The translations under genes and the position numbers were made by a program. The notes beneath the pieces are model-generated. The model did not search any database. It was not told the origin of the DNA and was given only the letters and a program-made list of their open reading frames with translations. Shown in pieces: positions 1 to 9,232 of a stretch of 64,000 nucleotides of DNA. The stretch comes from Minisyncoccota bacterium (GTDB lineage Bacteria; Patescibacteriota; Minisyncoccia; Phycocordibacterales; UBA1006), in assembly GCA_036405175.1 (NCBI GenBank), contig DASWYC010000002.1, forward strand, positions 537,080 through 601,079. The letters are read 5' to 3'. Every line of letters starts with the position of its first letter. The stretch's first letter is position 1.

Positions 1-67
1 AAATTTTCTTTTTCTATAAAAGCCTTTGATGCTCTCATCAAAGGCTTTTATCTTTTATTTAAATTTA

Positions 68-3000
68 CTAATAACTTAGATTATAGGCACTTGGATCATA
101 ATCCGCAGTTGATTTTGTGGTATAGAACTTAGAACATGAGAATCCTTGGAAATATTTATTTGGTGGATTACGTGCAGTATCTAATTTCCCGCTAATACCA
201 AACTTATCAGTTAGTGCACCCTTAAGATCTCTAAAAGCACCGACAAGGTCACCCAACCCTAACGCATTAGCGGCAACCTGCTGAATACCCATCACGGTGT
301 CAAATATCTTATCAGCCTTTGCAGCCCTTACAAGTTCTGGTGGCGGCTTACCGAATTCAAGACCTGCAATATATGGTGCATTATCACCTGCAAGATACCC
401 AGCAACACAGTAGTAAGATATTTCATTATCTTGTGCCTCATTTGCAATTTGAGTCAAAGAAGCAATATTTAACCCCATAATAGCTTTATCAATAGCACTA
501 TTATCAGTAGTGCGCACTGTTTGATATTCCCCACCAGATGTATAATTTCCAGATACACCTGTAGTTATTGTTCCGCCAGAACCATTAGCATCTCTTATAC
601 CTTCACAATATTGCTGGTTGGCATAAACCTCATTACCATTCCCGTCTGTTTCTTTTCTAAAGAAATAAGCTTTATCGATAGGAGTTGTCTCATCTGCCCA
701 TGGCCAAGGCGCCCCTGCAATAAGCGATCTGCAGGCTTTAGCGTCATTACTTTCAGGGTTTGCTGGAGAAATGGCTGATGCATTGATTGATATTGAATCT
801 TTTGACCCATCAATGAGCTTGCTATCTACCTTGATAGTACCCGCCTTTAATAACTCATTATAATACACCTGAGCATCAATTCCATTTCTTCCATTTCCAT
901 AATATGATTCTAGATACGCAATTTGCTCAGGACTAAACGTAACGTCAGGGATCTCTCCTGGGAGTGGGGCGGTTGGATCAAAATTCAAACGTTTAAGAAT
1001 TTCACGTGAATAGAGTTCTGAGTTTGGATTAATTGCTTTCCATGCTGAATAAATAAGTGCTGACTCGCGACTATTAAGATAGTTGTTCGCATTACGCTGC
1101 TTAATACAATCTTTGTTTGCCTTAATAACACTTGTTAGAAAGTCGAGTGTTTCAGCAAGCTGAGCTTCTGATTCTGCATTAGTTTCTGTATACCCAGAAT
1201 AGGACTCAAGCTCTTGAAGAAGTTTTAAGGTGTATCGAGGACCAATAGGTAAATTAGTTCCTGGCTCAGTACCCTGTTCCCAGATACTCTTAATTTCAAC
1301 CATGCGATCATACACCTTGAGATATCTACTCAACAATCCTTCTGCCTCTTTTTTGCGGGTAAATATGGTATCTGCTTGATCTACAAGACTTTTATACGAT
1401 GATCCACCCCTCACCGACATCATATCGACAGGGTTATTAATTTTCTTTTCTATATATGCGTTAATATCATTAAAACCAGAATCCAGACGTTGTGCATACT
1501 GTTCATAGAGAGGCACTTGGTATGTTCCATCTGCATTTTTTTGAAGTGTTCCACCGCTCGTCTCAGCAATGCGAGCGGTCAAAGCATTTCGTGAAGTAGT
1601 ATATGCTGTTGCAAAGCGACTTTCCCATCCTTTATCTGGACCCGGAATACAGATATCAAGCTTTCTTAGGTATGGAATCGCTTCTCCAATAACACGAGCA
1701 GCAATGTCGAGCTGTTCAATTTGCGTTTTTACAAGAGCAATCTTACTAAAGCCGCAGGTTTGACCAATACTTGCAAGGTCAGCATAGGTTTGTACATTTG
1801 ATGGAGCCAGCTTATACAAATCTCCCAACGTAGCAAAATCACCCGTATTATACTGAACAATATTAGCATTGATTTCATCAATAAATGGCTTAGCCAATCC
1901 AGCCTCTTTGAGACATTTCTCCATTTCTGGTGTCATGGTTGTTTCCAGGTCCTCATCAATAGATTGTCCGCTTAAATAGATCTCATTTGAATCGTATGAT
2001 TCTGGTGCTTCTGCAAGAAGTTTTTTGATTTGCTCTTGGGTAAAGATTTTTGCTCTATCAACCCCCTCCGCAACAGTCTTGCGTGCCCAATTTACTCCAA
2101 GACTAGTACCCTGCTTGGTCAATTCATCTGCAAGGGTTGTCATAGTGCTACTTAAAAGCTCATACCATGTATCAATGTTTTGTGCCTGTTCATTTGGAGT
2201 ATCAGCAGCTTTTTTAAACGCAGACTCTACCAGTGATCCTGGCAATGTAGTTGCATAGACAGCACACTCTTCTGGTTTTGCATATCGTGCATTTGCTATA
2301 GCATTTGGATCAGCAGCATCTTCATTGCTTGGTATTATCGCAAAATTTGGTTTTTGTTGTCCATTTTCATCATATGTATAATCTCCTATTTTAATATCTT
2401 TATTTTTCTTTTTTGAAATTAACCTTAAACATTCTTGCTGACCCTGGAATCCATTATTAAGCTGAAGATTTTTATCAACCACCTGCTGATTAGCAACGAT
2501 GGCCTTATTAATAGACTCTCTTGTTGTAAAGTATTCACCAAATAGATTACCTGAAGGCTTACTGAGTACCTGGTATTTTGACCAGAATCCAGTGAGGTTT
2601 TCTTTGCGAGCTTGAGCAGTAGGATTCCCATATCCCACACCTGTCAAGAATTTTGTCCATTTGGTTTTCTCCTGAATATTATTTCTAATGAAGGCATTGA
2701 TCTTATTAGTACTTGGATTGGTTGACTTCCCCGTATACTCAGAAATAAGCCCTAGAAGTATTTTTTTTGTATACGCACTCGCATATTCAGCAGTTGCATA
2801 TTCTTCAAGCTTCTGACGGAAGACTTTAGATTGTGCATTCTGATAGGTTAATTCCAAGTTCTGTATAAAGCTAGGTTTTCCATCAAAGCCAGTATATGCC
2901 CAAGAAACAACAGATTTAAGATTTTTATTGATGAAGCTCTGTGCAAGATTAAAAGCAATTTTATCAAATACTTTCAAGTCCAAAGAATTGCTTTTCTGCA

Positions 3001-3181
3001 TTGCATTACTTGTATTTGCAAGCGCCGCGATTTGAGGAAGATATTTATCGAGAGAAAGGCTGTTTGAGGTTGATTGAGCAGTTGCAAAGCGCGTACCATT
3101 TATAATACCAATCACAAAAGCAAATAATGTTGTTGTAACAAGAAGAGACGCTATTGTTTTTTTGTAGAATTTATTATTCAT
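68..3181 (-). CDS. Large secreted/cell-surface protein (1037 aa), N-terminal signal/TM anchor, function unknown
   Basis: Long uninterrupted ORF. N-terminus MNNKFYKKTIASLLVTTTLFAFVIGIINGTRFATAQS is a typical signal peptide or anchor. No catalytic motif recognised. Co-oriented downstream of map. Confidence 0.6.
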   Translation of the reverse strand: MNNKFYKKTIASLLVTTTLFAFVIGIINGTRFATAQSTSNSLSLDKYLPQIAALANTSNAMQKSNSLDLKVFDKIAFNLAQSFINKNLKSVVSWAYTGFDGKPSFIQNLELTYQNAQSKVFRQKLEEYATAEYASAYTKKILLGLISEYTGKSTNPSTNKINAFIRNNIQEKTKWTKFLTGVGYGNPTAQARKENLTGFWSKYQVLSKPSGNLFGEYFTTRESINKAIVANQQVVDKNLQLNNGFQGQQECLRLISKKKNKDIKIGDYTYDENGQQKPNFAIIPSNEDAADPNAIANARYAKPEECAVYATTLPGSLVESAFKKAADTPNEQAQNIDTWYELLSSTMTTLADELTKQGTSLGVNWARKTVAEGVDRAKIFTQEQIKKLLAEAPESYDSNEIYLSGQSIDEDLETTMTPEMEKCLKEAGLAKPFIDEINANIVQYNTGDFATLGDLYKLAPSNVQTYADLASIGQTCGFSKIALVKTQIEQLDIAARVIGEAIPYLRKLDICIPGPDKGWESRFATAYTTSRNALTARIAETSGGTLQKNADGTYQVPLYEQYAQRLDSGFNDINAYIEKKINNPVDMMSVRGGSSYKSLVDQADTIFTRKKEAEGLLSRYLKVYDRMVEIKSIWEQGTEPGTNLPIGPRYTLKLLQELESYSGYTETNAESEAQLAETLDFLTSVIKANKDCIKQRNANNYLNSRESALIYSAWKAINPNSELYSREILKRLNFDPTAPLPGEIPDVTFSPEQIAYLESYYGNGRNGIDAQVYYNELLKAGTIKVDSKLIDGSKDSISINASAISPANPESNDAKACRSLIAGAPWPWADETTPIDKAYFFRKETDGNGNEVYANQQYCEGIRDANGSGGTITTGVSGNYTSGGEYQTVRTTDNSAIDKAIMGLNIASLTQIANEAQDNEISYYCVAGYLAGDNAPYIAGLEFGKPPPELVRAAKADKIFDTVMGIQQVAANALGLGDLVGAFRDLKGALTDKFGISGKLDTARNPPNKYFQGFSCSKFYTTKSTADYDPSAYNLSY

Positions 3182-3209
3182 ATGCGTTATTGCTATGCTT
3201 CATTATACG

Positions 3210-4115
3210 CTATTGGGATTCACCCCACGTCTTCATGGCTGTGAGTAATGAAGAATATGCACCATAATATTTAGTAAAGGCCTCATTAATTGTTGCAAGT
3301 GAAGTAATAGAAAGTATTGGATCATTACTTTCTCTAAGAAGATAGTTGAGTTTTGTACGTACATCAACCACTGCGTTAAGCAATGCAAGATGTTGAGATA
3401 CCCACATTTCTGGAGGTGTGCTTCCTACTAGTATTTTTTCTAGACTAAACAAGTTATCACGAACATATGAAAGCTTTTGAGCTGCTACTGCCTCAACAGA
3501 TTCTGAGTTAATTGATTTAAAATCTTCTTGCGAAACAAAAGTAGACTGAAGAAACGGCATTGTAAGATTTATGTACTTATAAAATGATTCTCTGTAGTTA
3601 GATAGGTATCGTATATCAGCTGTTGTGTATACTTTTGAAACTTGTGTTGCTTTAATACTATCAACTAACGCCTCTGCACCGGTCTGAGGGTCTCCAGATA
3701 GTGATGGGTCTTTTGAAATCTTGAAAGTACTCATCGCAAATTCTTCAGTTTTATCAGGTTTGATTCCAATATCAGGTGCACTGTAATCAATAATATTATC
3801 TACAAAAATCTTATCACTTGTGCCTTCTCCAAAGCTTGATTTTGAGTTTGGATCAAGTCCATAAATATTCTCTTGCCAGTCAGGCACCCCGTCGCCATCA
3901 GTATCAAGGGTTTCAAAGTCAATAGAATCAAGCGCTTTCTGAATTTGTTCATCAAGCTTCTTGTCTTCTTCTGCAGAAATTACATCGGGAGTTGTTAATC
4001 CTCCTAAAATTTTTACATTACGCTTTTTGAGTACTAAAAAAACTGCAATTAAGATAATTATCGCAGCAATCCCCAATGTGATGTAGAGGAATTTCCTTGC
4101 AGTCTTTTTATCCAT
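3210..4115 (-). CDS. Membrane-anchored protein with thrombospondin type-3-like Ca-binding motif (DTDGDGVPDWQE)
   Basis: N-terminal TM helix (FLYITLGIAAIIILIAVFLVL) and DxDxDGxxDxxE motif. 29 bp upstream of the 1037-aa ORF on the same strand. Confidence 0.55.
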   Translation of the reverse strand: MDKKTARKFLYITLGIAAIIILIAVFLVLKKRNVKILGGLTTPDVISAEEDKKLDEQIQKALDSIDFETLDTDGDGVPDWQENIYGLDPNSKSSFGEGTSDKIFVDNIIDYSAPDIGIKPDKTEEFAMSTFKISKDPSLSGDPQTGAEALVDSIKATQVSKVYTTADIRYLSNYRESFYKYINLTMPFLQSTFVSQEDFKSINSESVEAVAAQKLSYVRDNLFSLEKILVGSTPPEMWVSQHLALLNAVVDVRTKLNYLLRESNDPILSITSLATINEAFTKYYGAYSSLLTAMKTWGESQ

Positions 4116-4159
4116 GCAATTAGTATATCACCCACTATCTATAAAATTTTCTTTTAAAA

Positions 4160-4933
4160 TTACAAATCCCCAAGTGCGGTCACTATCTCATGTCCTGTTT
4201 CGGTAATGATTACCGTATGTTCAAAGTGTGCCGCGGGTTTTTTATCTCGCGTAATCACGGTGTATTGATCATCTTGAAAGATCACGTCTTCTGTTCCAAG
4301 GGTAAATTGAGGCTCAATAGCAATAACCATGCCAGGTACCAATAATTCTCCACGCTTCTTGCGTCCATAGTTAGGAATATAGGGATCTTCATGAATAAAG
4401 CGCCCAACACCATGCCCTACCAACTCACGCACAATACCAACGCGTTTATCTACAAACTTTTCAATTGCATAACCAATATCCCCCACCGTGTTTCCGGGAA
4501 TCGCTTCAGCAATACCAATCGCTAGTGCATCTTCGGTAATAGCTACTAAATCACGTACTTCTTTAGTTGTTTTTCCAACAATTACCGTGCGAGCATGATC
4601 AGTAAAGGTGTTTTTCCATTTAACGCCACAATCAATTGAAACAACATCCCCTTCTTTAATTACGCGCCCACCGGGAATCCCATGTACAACTTCTTCATTT
4701 ACAGATACACAGAGTGTTTTTGGATAGCTCTTAGAAACACCGCTCGGACGATAACCCTTAAATGCTGGCTCGGCACCATATTTTATGATTTCTGCTTCTG
4801 CCAAGGCATCAAGCTCGTCAGTAGTGATGCCAATTTTCACATTTTGAATCACGTATTCAACAACACGCGCCAAAATCTGCCCTCCTTCACGAATGGCACT
4901 TAGTTCTTCTGGGGTTTTGATGATGATTCCCAT
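4160..4933 (-). CDS. map: Methionine aminopeptidase type I
   Basis: Translation shows the pita-bread fold metal-ligand pattern (…VVHGIPG…DVVSIDCG…HGVGR…AIEP…FEHT). Canonical position after adk in the secY-adk-map arrangement. Confidence 0.9.
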   Translation of the reverse strand: MGIIIKTPEELSAIREGGQILARVVEYVIQNVKIGITTDELDALAEAEIIKYGAEPAFKGYRPSGVSKSYPKTLCVSVNEEVVHGIPGGRVIKEGDVVSIDCGVKWKNTFTDHARTVIVGKTTKEVRDLVAITEDALAIGIAEAIPGNTVGDIGYAIEKFVDKRVGIVRELVGHGVGRFIHEDPYIPNYGRKKRGELLVPGMVIAIEPQFTLGTEDVIFQDDQYTVITRDKKPAAHFEHTVIITETGHEIVTALGDL

Positions 4934-4979
4934 ATTCTACACATCCTACACGATATAAACACAATCTCAAAATATCATT

Positions 4980-5603
4980 CTATTCAGAAAATAAAGCCTC
5001 GCTCATACTTTTAAACACTTCTTCCGGTGTTCCATTTCCATCAATCTCATGAAAATGATAGTTTCTATAGTCTTTTAAGAGCGAAAGTGCGGGCAACGTA
5101 TGCCAATCAAACCATTCAAGACGGGTCATAATTCCTTGTTCAGTATCATCTTTCCGATTCCGCGCCTTCATGCGCTTCATGCAATTTTCTTTTGAGGTAT
5201 TCAAATACACAATATGAATATTAAAGCGTTCAAAGAATTGAAGAGCTTGTTCAGCAATAAGCACCTCTTCTTGGCGACGGCAAAAACCATCTAAAATAAT
5301 GTCTGATTCTTTTTTAGCACTCGTTAAAAGTTTATGAGTCCATGACCAGATAGGCAGACATGCTGGCATAAGGCGGCCATGATCAATATTAAATTTCACC
5401 AGATGTCCTCCATAGGTATCCATTTCAGCTGCTTCACGCAACAATTCTCCAGTTTCAACCTTTACCACATGACGTTTGCGCTTTTCTAGAAACTCTTTTA
5501 AAAGTTTTGCTTGTGTTCCCTTTCCTGCTCCTGATCGTCCAAATAACAAAATTGTAAACGGTTCCTGAGGAGACAACATATCAGATTTATTATAACAAAC
5601 CAT
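4980..5603 (-). CDS. adk: Adenylate kinase (true start possibly the internal Met at MLSPQEP)
   Basis: P-loop LLFGRSGAGKGTQAKLL. Position between secY and map. Otherwise divergent sequence. Confidence 0.8.
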   Translation of the reverse strand: MVCYNKSDMLSPQEPFTILLFGRSGAGKGTQAKLLKEFLEKRKRHVVKVETGELLREAAEMDTYGGHLVKFNIDHGRLMPACLPIWSWTHKLLTSAKKESDIILDGFCRRQEEVLIAEQALQFFERFNIHIVYLNTSKENCMKRMKARNRKDDTEQGIMTRLEWFDWHTLPALSLLKDYRNYHFHEIDGNGTPEEVFKSMSEALFSE

Positions 5604-5640
5604 TTTCCAATAACTGGATTCAGCTCTGATTGTATTGCAT

Positions 5641-5674
5641 GAATAACTAAATTCAAAAGAATCGATTTAGTTAT
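5641..5674. terminator. Hairpin aataactaaat-N12-atttagttatt between adk and repeat copy A
   Basis: 11-bp perfect inverted repeat seen directly in the secY-adk spacer. Confidence 0.4.
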
Positions 5675-5684
5675 TTTGCTTTAG

Positions 5685-5809
5685 GGCTTATATGGTTTCT
5701 GAGTAGTCGCGCAGCGGCTGATAGGGAGCGCTATTGCGCAGCTTTGGCGCGACCATATCAGACCGTGAGCGTAGGCTCGGTAGAGGCCGCTACGAAGAAA
5801 CCATATAAG
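5685..5809. repeat. Structured repeat element copy A (long subtype), in the secY-adk spacer, inserted at the centre of palindrome gcttatatggtttct|agaaaccatataagc
   Basis: Shares conserved core with copies at 10043, 18383, 41624 and 45136: agtcgcgcagcggctgata…gcgcgaccatatcagacc.tgagcgtagg.tcggtagaggccgct. Flanked by a 15-bp perfect inverted repeat unique to this copy. Confidence 0.85.
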
Positions 5810-5874
5810 CTCATAATTCTAAATAATAACAAAAACCCCACTCTTTCGAGTAGGATTTTTTAGTTTCAATACAA

Positions 5875-7149
5875 TTAGAGCTGTCCAAGTTCCAAGTAGG
5901 CATCAACCTTCTTGATAACATCAGTAATCACGTTAACCGCAATCAATACCGAGGTTCCTCCAATAGCAAACAACTGCATGTTGGTTGCGTTTTGGATGAT
6001 AACTGGCAATACTGCAATGAGTCCTAAGAAGATAGAACCAAATACGGTGATGCGAGTAAGGATATTACCAATGTGCTCAGCAGTGTCTTCTCCTGGGCGA
6101 ACGCCTGGAATAAAGGCACCGTTCTTTTGGAGGTTTTCTGACATTGATTCTACATCAACCGTAACAGCGGTATAGAAGAAGGTAAAGATTACCACCAACA
6201 AGAAATATGTGAGCGGATACCAAATATGAGTTTGAGAGAACATTTCAAATGCACGCAATACATTATATGCGGTTCCCGTAGTACTCGTACCTACAATAAG
6301 GCGCAAGATAAACTGTGGGAACAACAAGATTGCTGGTGCAAAGATGATTGGCATCACTCCGGTCATGTTGATACGGAGTGGAATATAGCTTGATACACCA
6401 CCAAACATATTTCCGCTGCGTGTTGACTTAGCATATACAATTGGCACTGGACGTTCAGCCTCAGTTACATACGTAATACCTGCAACAATGATTACCAAGA
6501 GGAGCAAAAGCCCAATGTACATTGGCAACATTTGAGGGGTATATGTGAGCGACGCTTGTGAGACGATACGAGGAATTGATGCCACGATTCCGGCGAACAC
6601 CAGCATTGAGGTTCCATTTCCAATACCGTACTCGGTTAAGAGTTCTCCAATCCACATTGCCAATACTGACCCTGCGGTAATGATGAGCATGTTTGAAAGC
6701 ATGATCATCGGCGTCATATTTGGAATAACTCCTTGCTTAGACAAAAGCAACAAGAATGCGAGTCCCTGGATGAGTGCCAATGGCACGGTCAACCAACGCG
6801 TATAATTGTTGAATTTCTTGCGACCAATACTTCCCTCTTCGTGATACATCTTTTTGAGTGATGGAATCATCACCGTCATAAGCTGCAAAATAATAGAAGC
6901 GGTAATATATGGCCCAATTCCGAGCATTCCAAGAGAAAGGGTTGAAAGTCCTCCTCCTGAGAAGATGTTAATGAGTCCAAGGAACTGATTGGCATTCAAG
7001 AAATTTTGAATCTGAGATGCATCAATTCCAGGGATTGGAATATTTGAGAGCAATCTAAACGCAAAGAAACCAATCAAGATAGCCAAAAACTTTGCAAGAA
7101 TTCGTTTATCGCGGAACATTGCGGCAATTTTAGAGGTGGCTATATTCAT
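5875..7149 (-). CDS. secY: Preprotein translocase subunit SecY
   Basis: 424 aa, 10-TM profile. Conserved SecY segments (GIMPYITASIILQLM-like, plug and hinge regions). Directly downstream of rplO. Confidence 0.9.
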   Translation of the reverse strand: MNIATSKIAAMFRDKRILAKFLAILIGFFAFRLLSNIPIPGIDASQIQNFLNANQFLGLINIFSGGGLSTLSLGMLGIGPYITASIILQLMTVMIPSLKKMYHEEGSIGRKKFNNYTRWLTVPLALIQGLAFLLLLSKQGVIPNMTPMIMLSNMLIITAGSVLAMWIGELLTEYGIGNGTSMLVFAGIVASIPRIVSQASLTYTPQMLPMYIGLLLLLVIIVAGITYVTEAERPVPIVYAKSTRSGNMFGGVSSYIPLRINMTGVMPIIFAPAILLFPQFILRLIVGTSTTGTAYNVLRAFEMFSQTHIWYPLTYFLLVVIFTFFYTAVTVDVESMSENLQKNGAFIPGVRPGEDTAEHIGNILTRITVFGSIFLGLIAVLPVIIQNATNMQLFAIGGTSVLIAVNVITDVIKKVDAYLELGQL

Positions 7150-7165
7150 ATCATTTCTTGGTTAT

Positions 7166-7603
7166 TTATTCTGTAATGATACCAGAAGCGGCGATAATTG
7201 CATCCTTTGCTTTTTGAGAAACCTCAAGTCCTTCAAAGGTAAGCTTTTTGGTAAGGGTTCCAAAAGAAAGAACTTTTACCGGAAGGGTGCGAAGCTCTTT
7301 ATAGCTTACGAGTCCCTTTTCGTAGAGAGTTACCGGATTTACGGTTTCTCCTGCATCAAAGTTCTTATCAATTTTTGAAAGGTTAATACCAAGTGGCTTT
7401 ACGCGGATTGAGTTAAACTTGTATCCACGAAGCTTAGGCAAACGTTTAATGATATCACGCATTTCAGGACGCATACTTGCTCCTGCGCGTGCGGTTTGTC
7501 CTTTACCACCACGTCCCGAGGTTTTACCTCGCTTTCCTCCGCGTCCGATACGCTTAGAATCGGTTTGAGAGTTCTGTTGTGATCGAGTGAGTGTGTGCAA
7601 CAT
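7166..7603 (-). CDS. rplO: 50S ribosomal protein L15
   Basis: Gly/Arg-rich N-terminus (GRGGKRGKTSGRGGKGQ) typical of L15. Placed between rpsE and secY. Confidence 0.9.
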   Translation of the reverse strand: MLHTLTRSQQNSQTDSKRIGRGGKRGKTSGRGGKGQTARAGASMRPEMRDIIKRLPKLRGYKFNSIRVKPLGINLSKIDKNFDAGETVNPVTLYEKGLVSYKELRTLPVKVLSFGTLTKKLTFEGLEVSQKAKDAIIAASGIITE

Positions 7604-7612
7604 ACTTTCACT

Positions 7613-8311
7613 TTATTGGTTATCACCGCGTGGGCGGCGAGGTGCGGCTGACTTATCATCATCTCCTTCTGTGTAGGCAGTCATCTTTGGTGCACCGCGA
7701 CTAATTACAAAAGGTTCAAGAGCCTTAATGGTTGCGCGAGCAATGTTGAGGCTGTTCTTTGATGGTGAGATAACTTTTCCTGAAACATCCTGGATTCCAG
7801 CAAATTCCATAACGGTACGAAGTGATGATCCTGCCACCAATCCGCGTCCGTAGTTTGGACGAAGCTCAACGCGTGCTGAGTTTGCTTTTGCTGATACAGA
7901 GTGTTCGATTGAGAAGTCATTCGTAAGCTTAAGGTTGATCATGTTCTTGCGAGCATCGTTATATGCCTTATCAATTGCAAGAGCTGTATCTTGTCCTTTT
8001 CCTACTCCTACTCCTACAGATCCACGCTTGTTTCCAATAATAAGCACGATTGAGAAACTAAAGCGGCGTCCTCCTTTTACCACACGGGTAACGCGACGAG
8101 CTGAAATCATTTTCTGATCAAAGTCCGGCTTTACCTTTTCGCGCGCAACTTTACCACGTGGTCCGCGTCGGTCACCATCTTTTCCAAGACGTGCGCGTCC
8201 GCCACGAGGAGCTCCTCCTTGTGGACGTCGTCCACCGCGAGCTGGTCCACCTTGTTGAGGTGCTGCTGCTGGGGTTACTGGAGCTACTGGGGTTGTTTGT
8301 TGTTCTTCCAT
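7613..8311 (-). CDS. rpsE: 30S ribosomal protein S5 with ~60-aa Pro/Gly/Arg-rich N-terminal extension (start taken at MEEQQTT, not the upstream Met that overlaps rplR)
   Basis: S5 dsRBD and C-terminal domain motifs (VVKGGRRFSF…GVGKG…). Only 9 bp separate it from rplO, so there is no room for rpmD (L30). Confidence 0.85.
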   Translation of the reverse strand: MEEQQTTPVAPVTPAAAPQQGGPARGGRRPQGGAPRGGRARLGKDGDRRGPRGKVAREKVKPDFDQKMISARRVTRVVKGGRRFSFSIVLIIGNKRGSVGVGVGKGQDTALAIDKAYNDARKNMINLKLTNDFSIEHSVSAKANSARVELRPNYGRGLVAGSSLRTVMEFAGIQDVSGKVISPSKNSLNIARATIKALEPFVISRGAPKMTAYTEGDDDKSAAPRRPRGDNQ

Positions 8312-8315
8312 ATAT

Positions 8316-8669
8316 TTAGAATTGAAGACCGTTTTCACGAGCTTTTTCAGCGAGTGAAGCGATTCGACCGGTATATTTAAATCCACCACGATCAAATGAA
8401 ACAGTAGTGATCTTTGCTTTCTTTGCTGCATCAGCAATAAGCTTTCCTACCATTTCTGCACGTGCGGTTTTAGTAAGGGTTTCTTTTACTCCCATATCAT
8501 TAGCTGCTGCAAGGGTTACTCCTTTGGCATCATCAATGATTTGAGCGTAAATAAATTTATTAGAGCGAAATACAGAAAGACGTGGGCGTGCTTCTGTCCC
8601 AGTTACCTGTGAACGGATACGCTTGTGGCGTCGTACTCGCTTCTCGGTTTTACTATTGTTGAGTTTCAT
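8316..8669 (-). CDS. rplR: 50S ribosomal protein L18
   Basis: 117 aa. Basic N-terminus RRHKRIR, typical L18 length, order L6-L18-S5. Confidence 0.9.
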   Translation of the reverse strand: MKLNNSKTEKRVRRHKRIRSQVTGTEARPRLSVFRSNKFIYAQIIDDAKGVTLAAANDMGVKETLTKTARAEMVGKLIADAAKKAKITTVSFDRGGFKYTGRIASLAEKARENGLQF

Positions 8670-8691
8670 ACATTAGATTTACGAGAGAAGA

Positions 8692-9228
8692 CTATACGTT
8701 CTTCTTTCCTTGCTTACGTCTAATAATTTCTCCGTCATAGTGGAATCCCTTACCTTTGTATGGTTCAGGTTTCTTAAGAGCGCGAATTGAAGCAGCAAAC
8801 TGTCCAACTGCGGCCTTATCGATTCCAGTAATAGTGAGGTTGTTCTTTTCGGTTGCGGCAGTAATTCCTGCAGGGATTGGAACTGATACTGGATGTGAAA
8901 ATCCAAGTGCCATATCTACATTTTTCCCTACGACATTTACCTTGTATCCGATTCCATCAAGAATAAGTTTTTTGGTGTAGCCTTTGGTTACTCCCTCAAT
9001 CATATTGCGCACGAGCGCAGCATAGGTTCCAAGAAGTGCTCGTCCAAAAACAGTATTTTTGTTGAGCGTAAACACAACACCTTCTGCATTGGTTTCTACT
9101 GAAACTTCATTATGAATGAAAATTTGTTTGAGTTCTCCAAGAGGACCTTTTACCGTAATAGTTTTATCAGCAAGAGTTGCTGTTACTCCGGCAGGAAGTG
9201 CCATTGGCTTTTTTGCAAGACGTGACAT
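8692..9228 (-). CDS. rplF: 50S ribosomal protein L6 (start at internal MSRLAKKP)
   Basis: MSRLAKKP…GVT…TVKGPLGEL matches the L6 N-terminus. Two-domain length of ~179 aa. Confidence 0.85.
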   Translation of the reverse strand: MSRLAKKPMALPAGVTATLADKTITVKGPLGELKQIFIHNEVSVETNAEGVVFTLNKNTVFGRALLGTYAALVRNMIEGVTKGYTKKLILDGIGYKVNVVGKNVDMALGFSHPVSVPIPAGITAATEKNNLTITGIDKAAVGQFAASIRALKKPEPYKGKGFHYDGEIIRRKQGKKNV

Positions 9229-9232
9229 AGGC

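Noticed and set aside
521-3181. Numerous 60-130-aa ORFs antisense to or nested in large genes (for example 521-778, 595-813, 5912-6175, 11047-11388, 13244-13615, 20551-21174)
   Set aside because: They are embedded in well-supported conserved genes on the opposite strand or in other frames, with compositionally odd translations. Treated as non-coding.
7613-8437. Long form of rpsE (274 aa) starting inside rplR
   Set aside because: The first 42 codons overlap the 3' end of rplR in a different frame. A start at MEEQQTT (8311), directly after the rplR stop, is more parsimonious.
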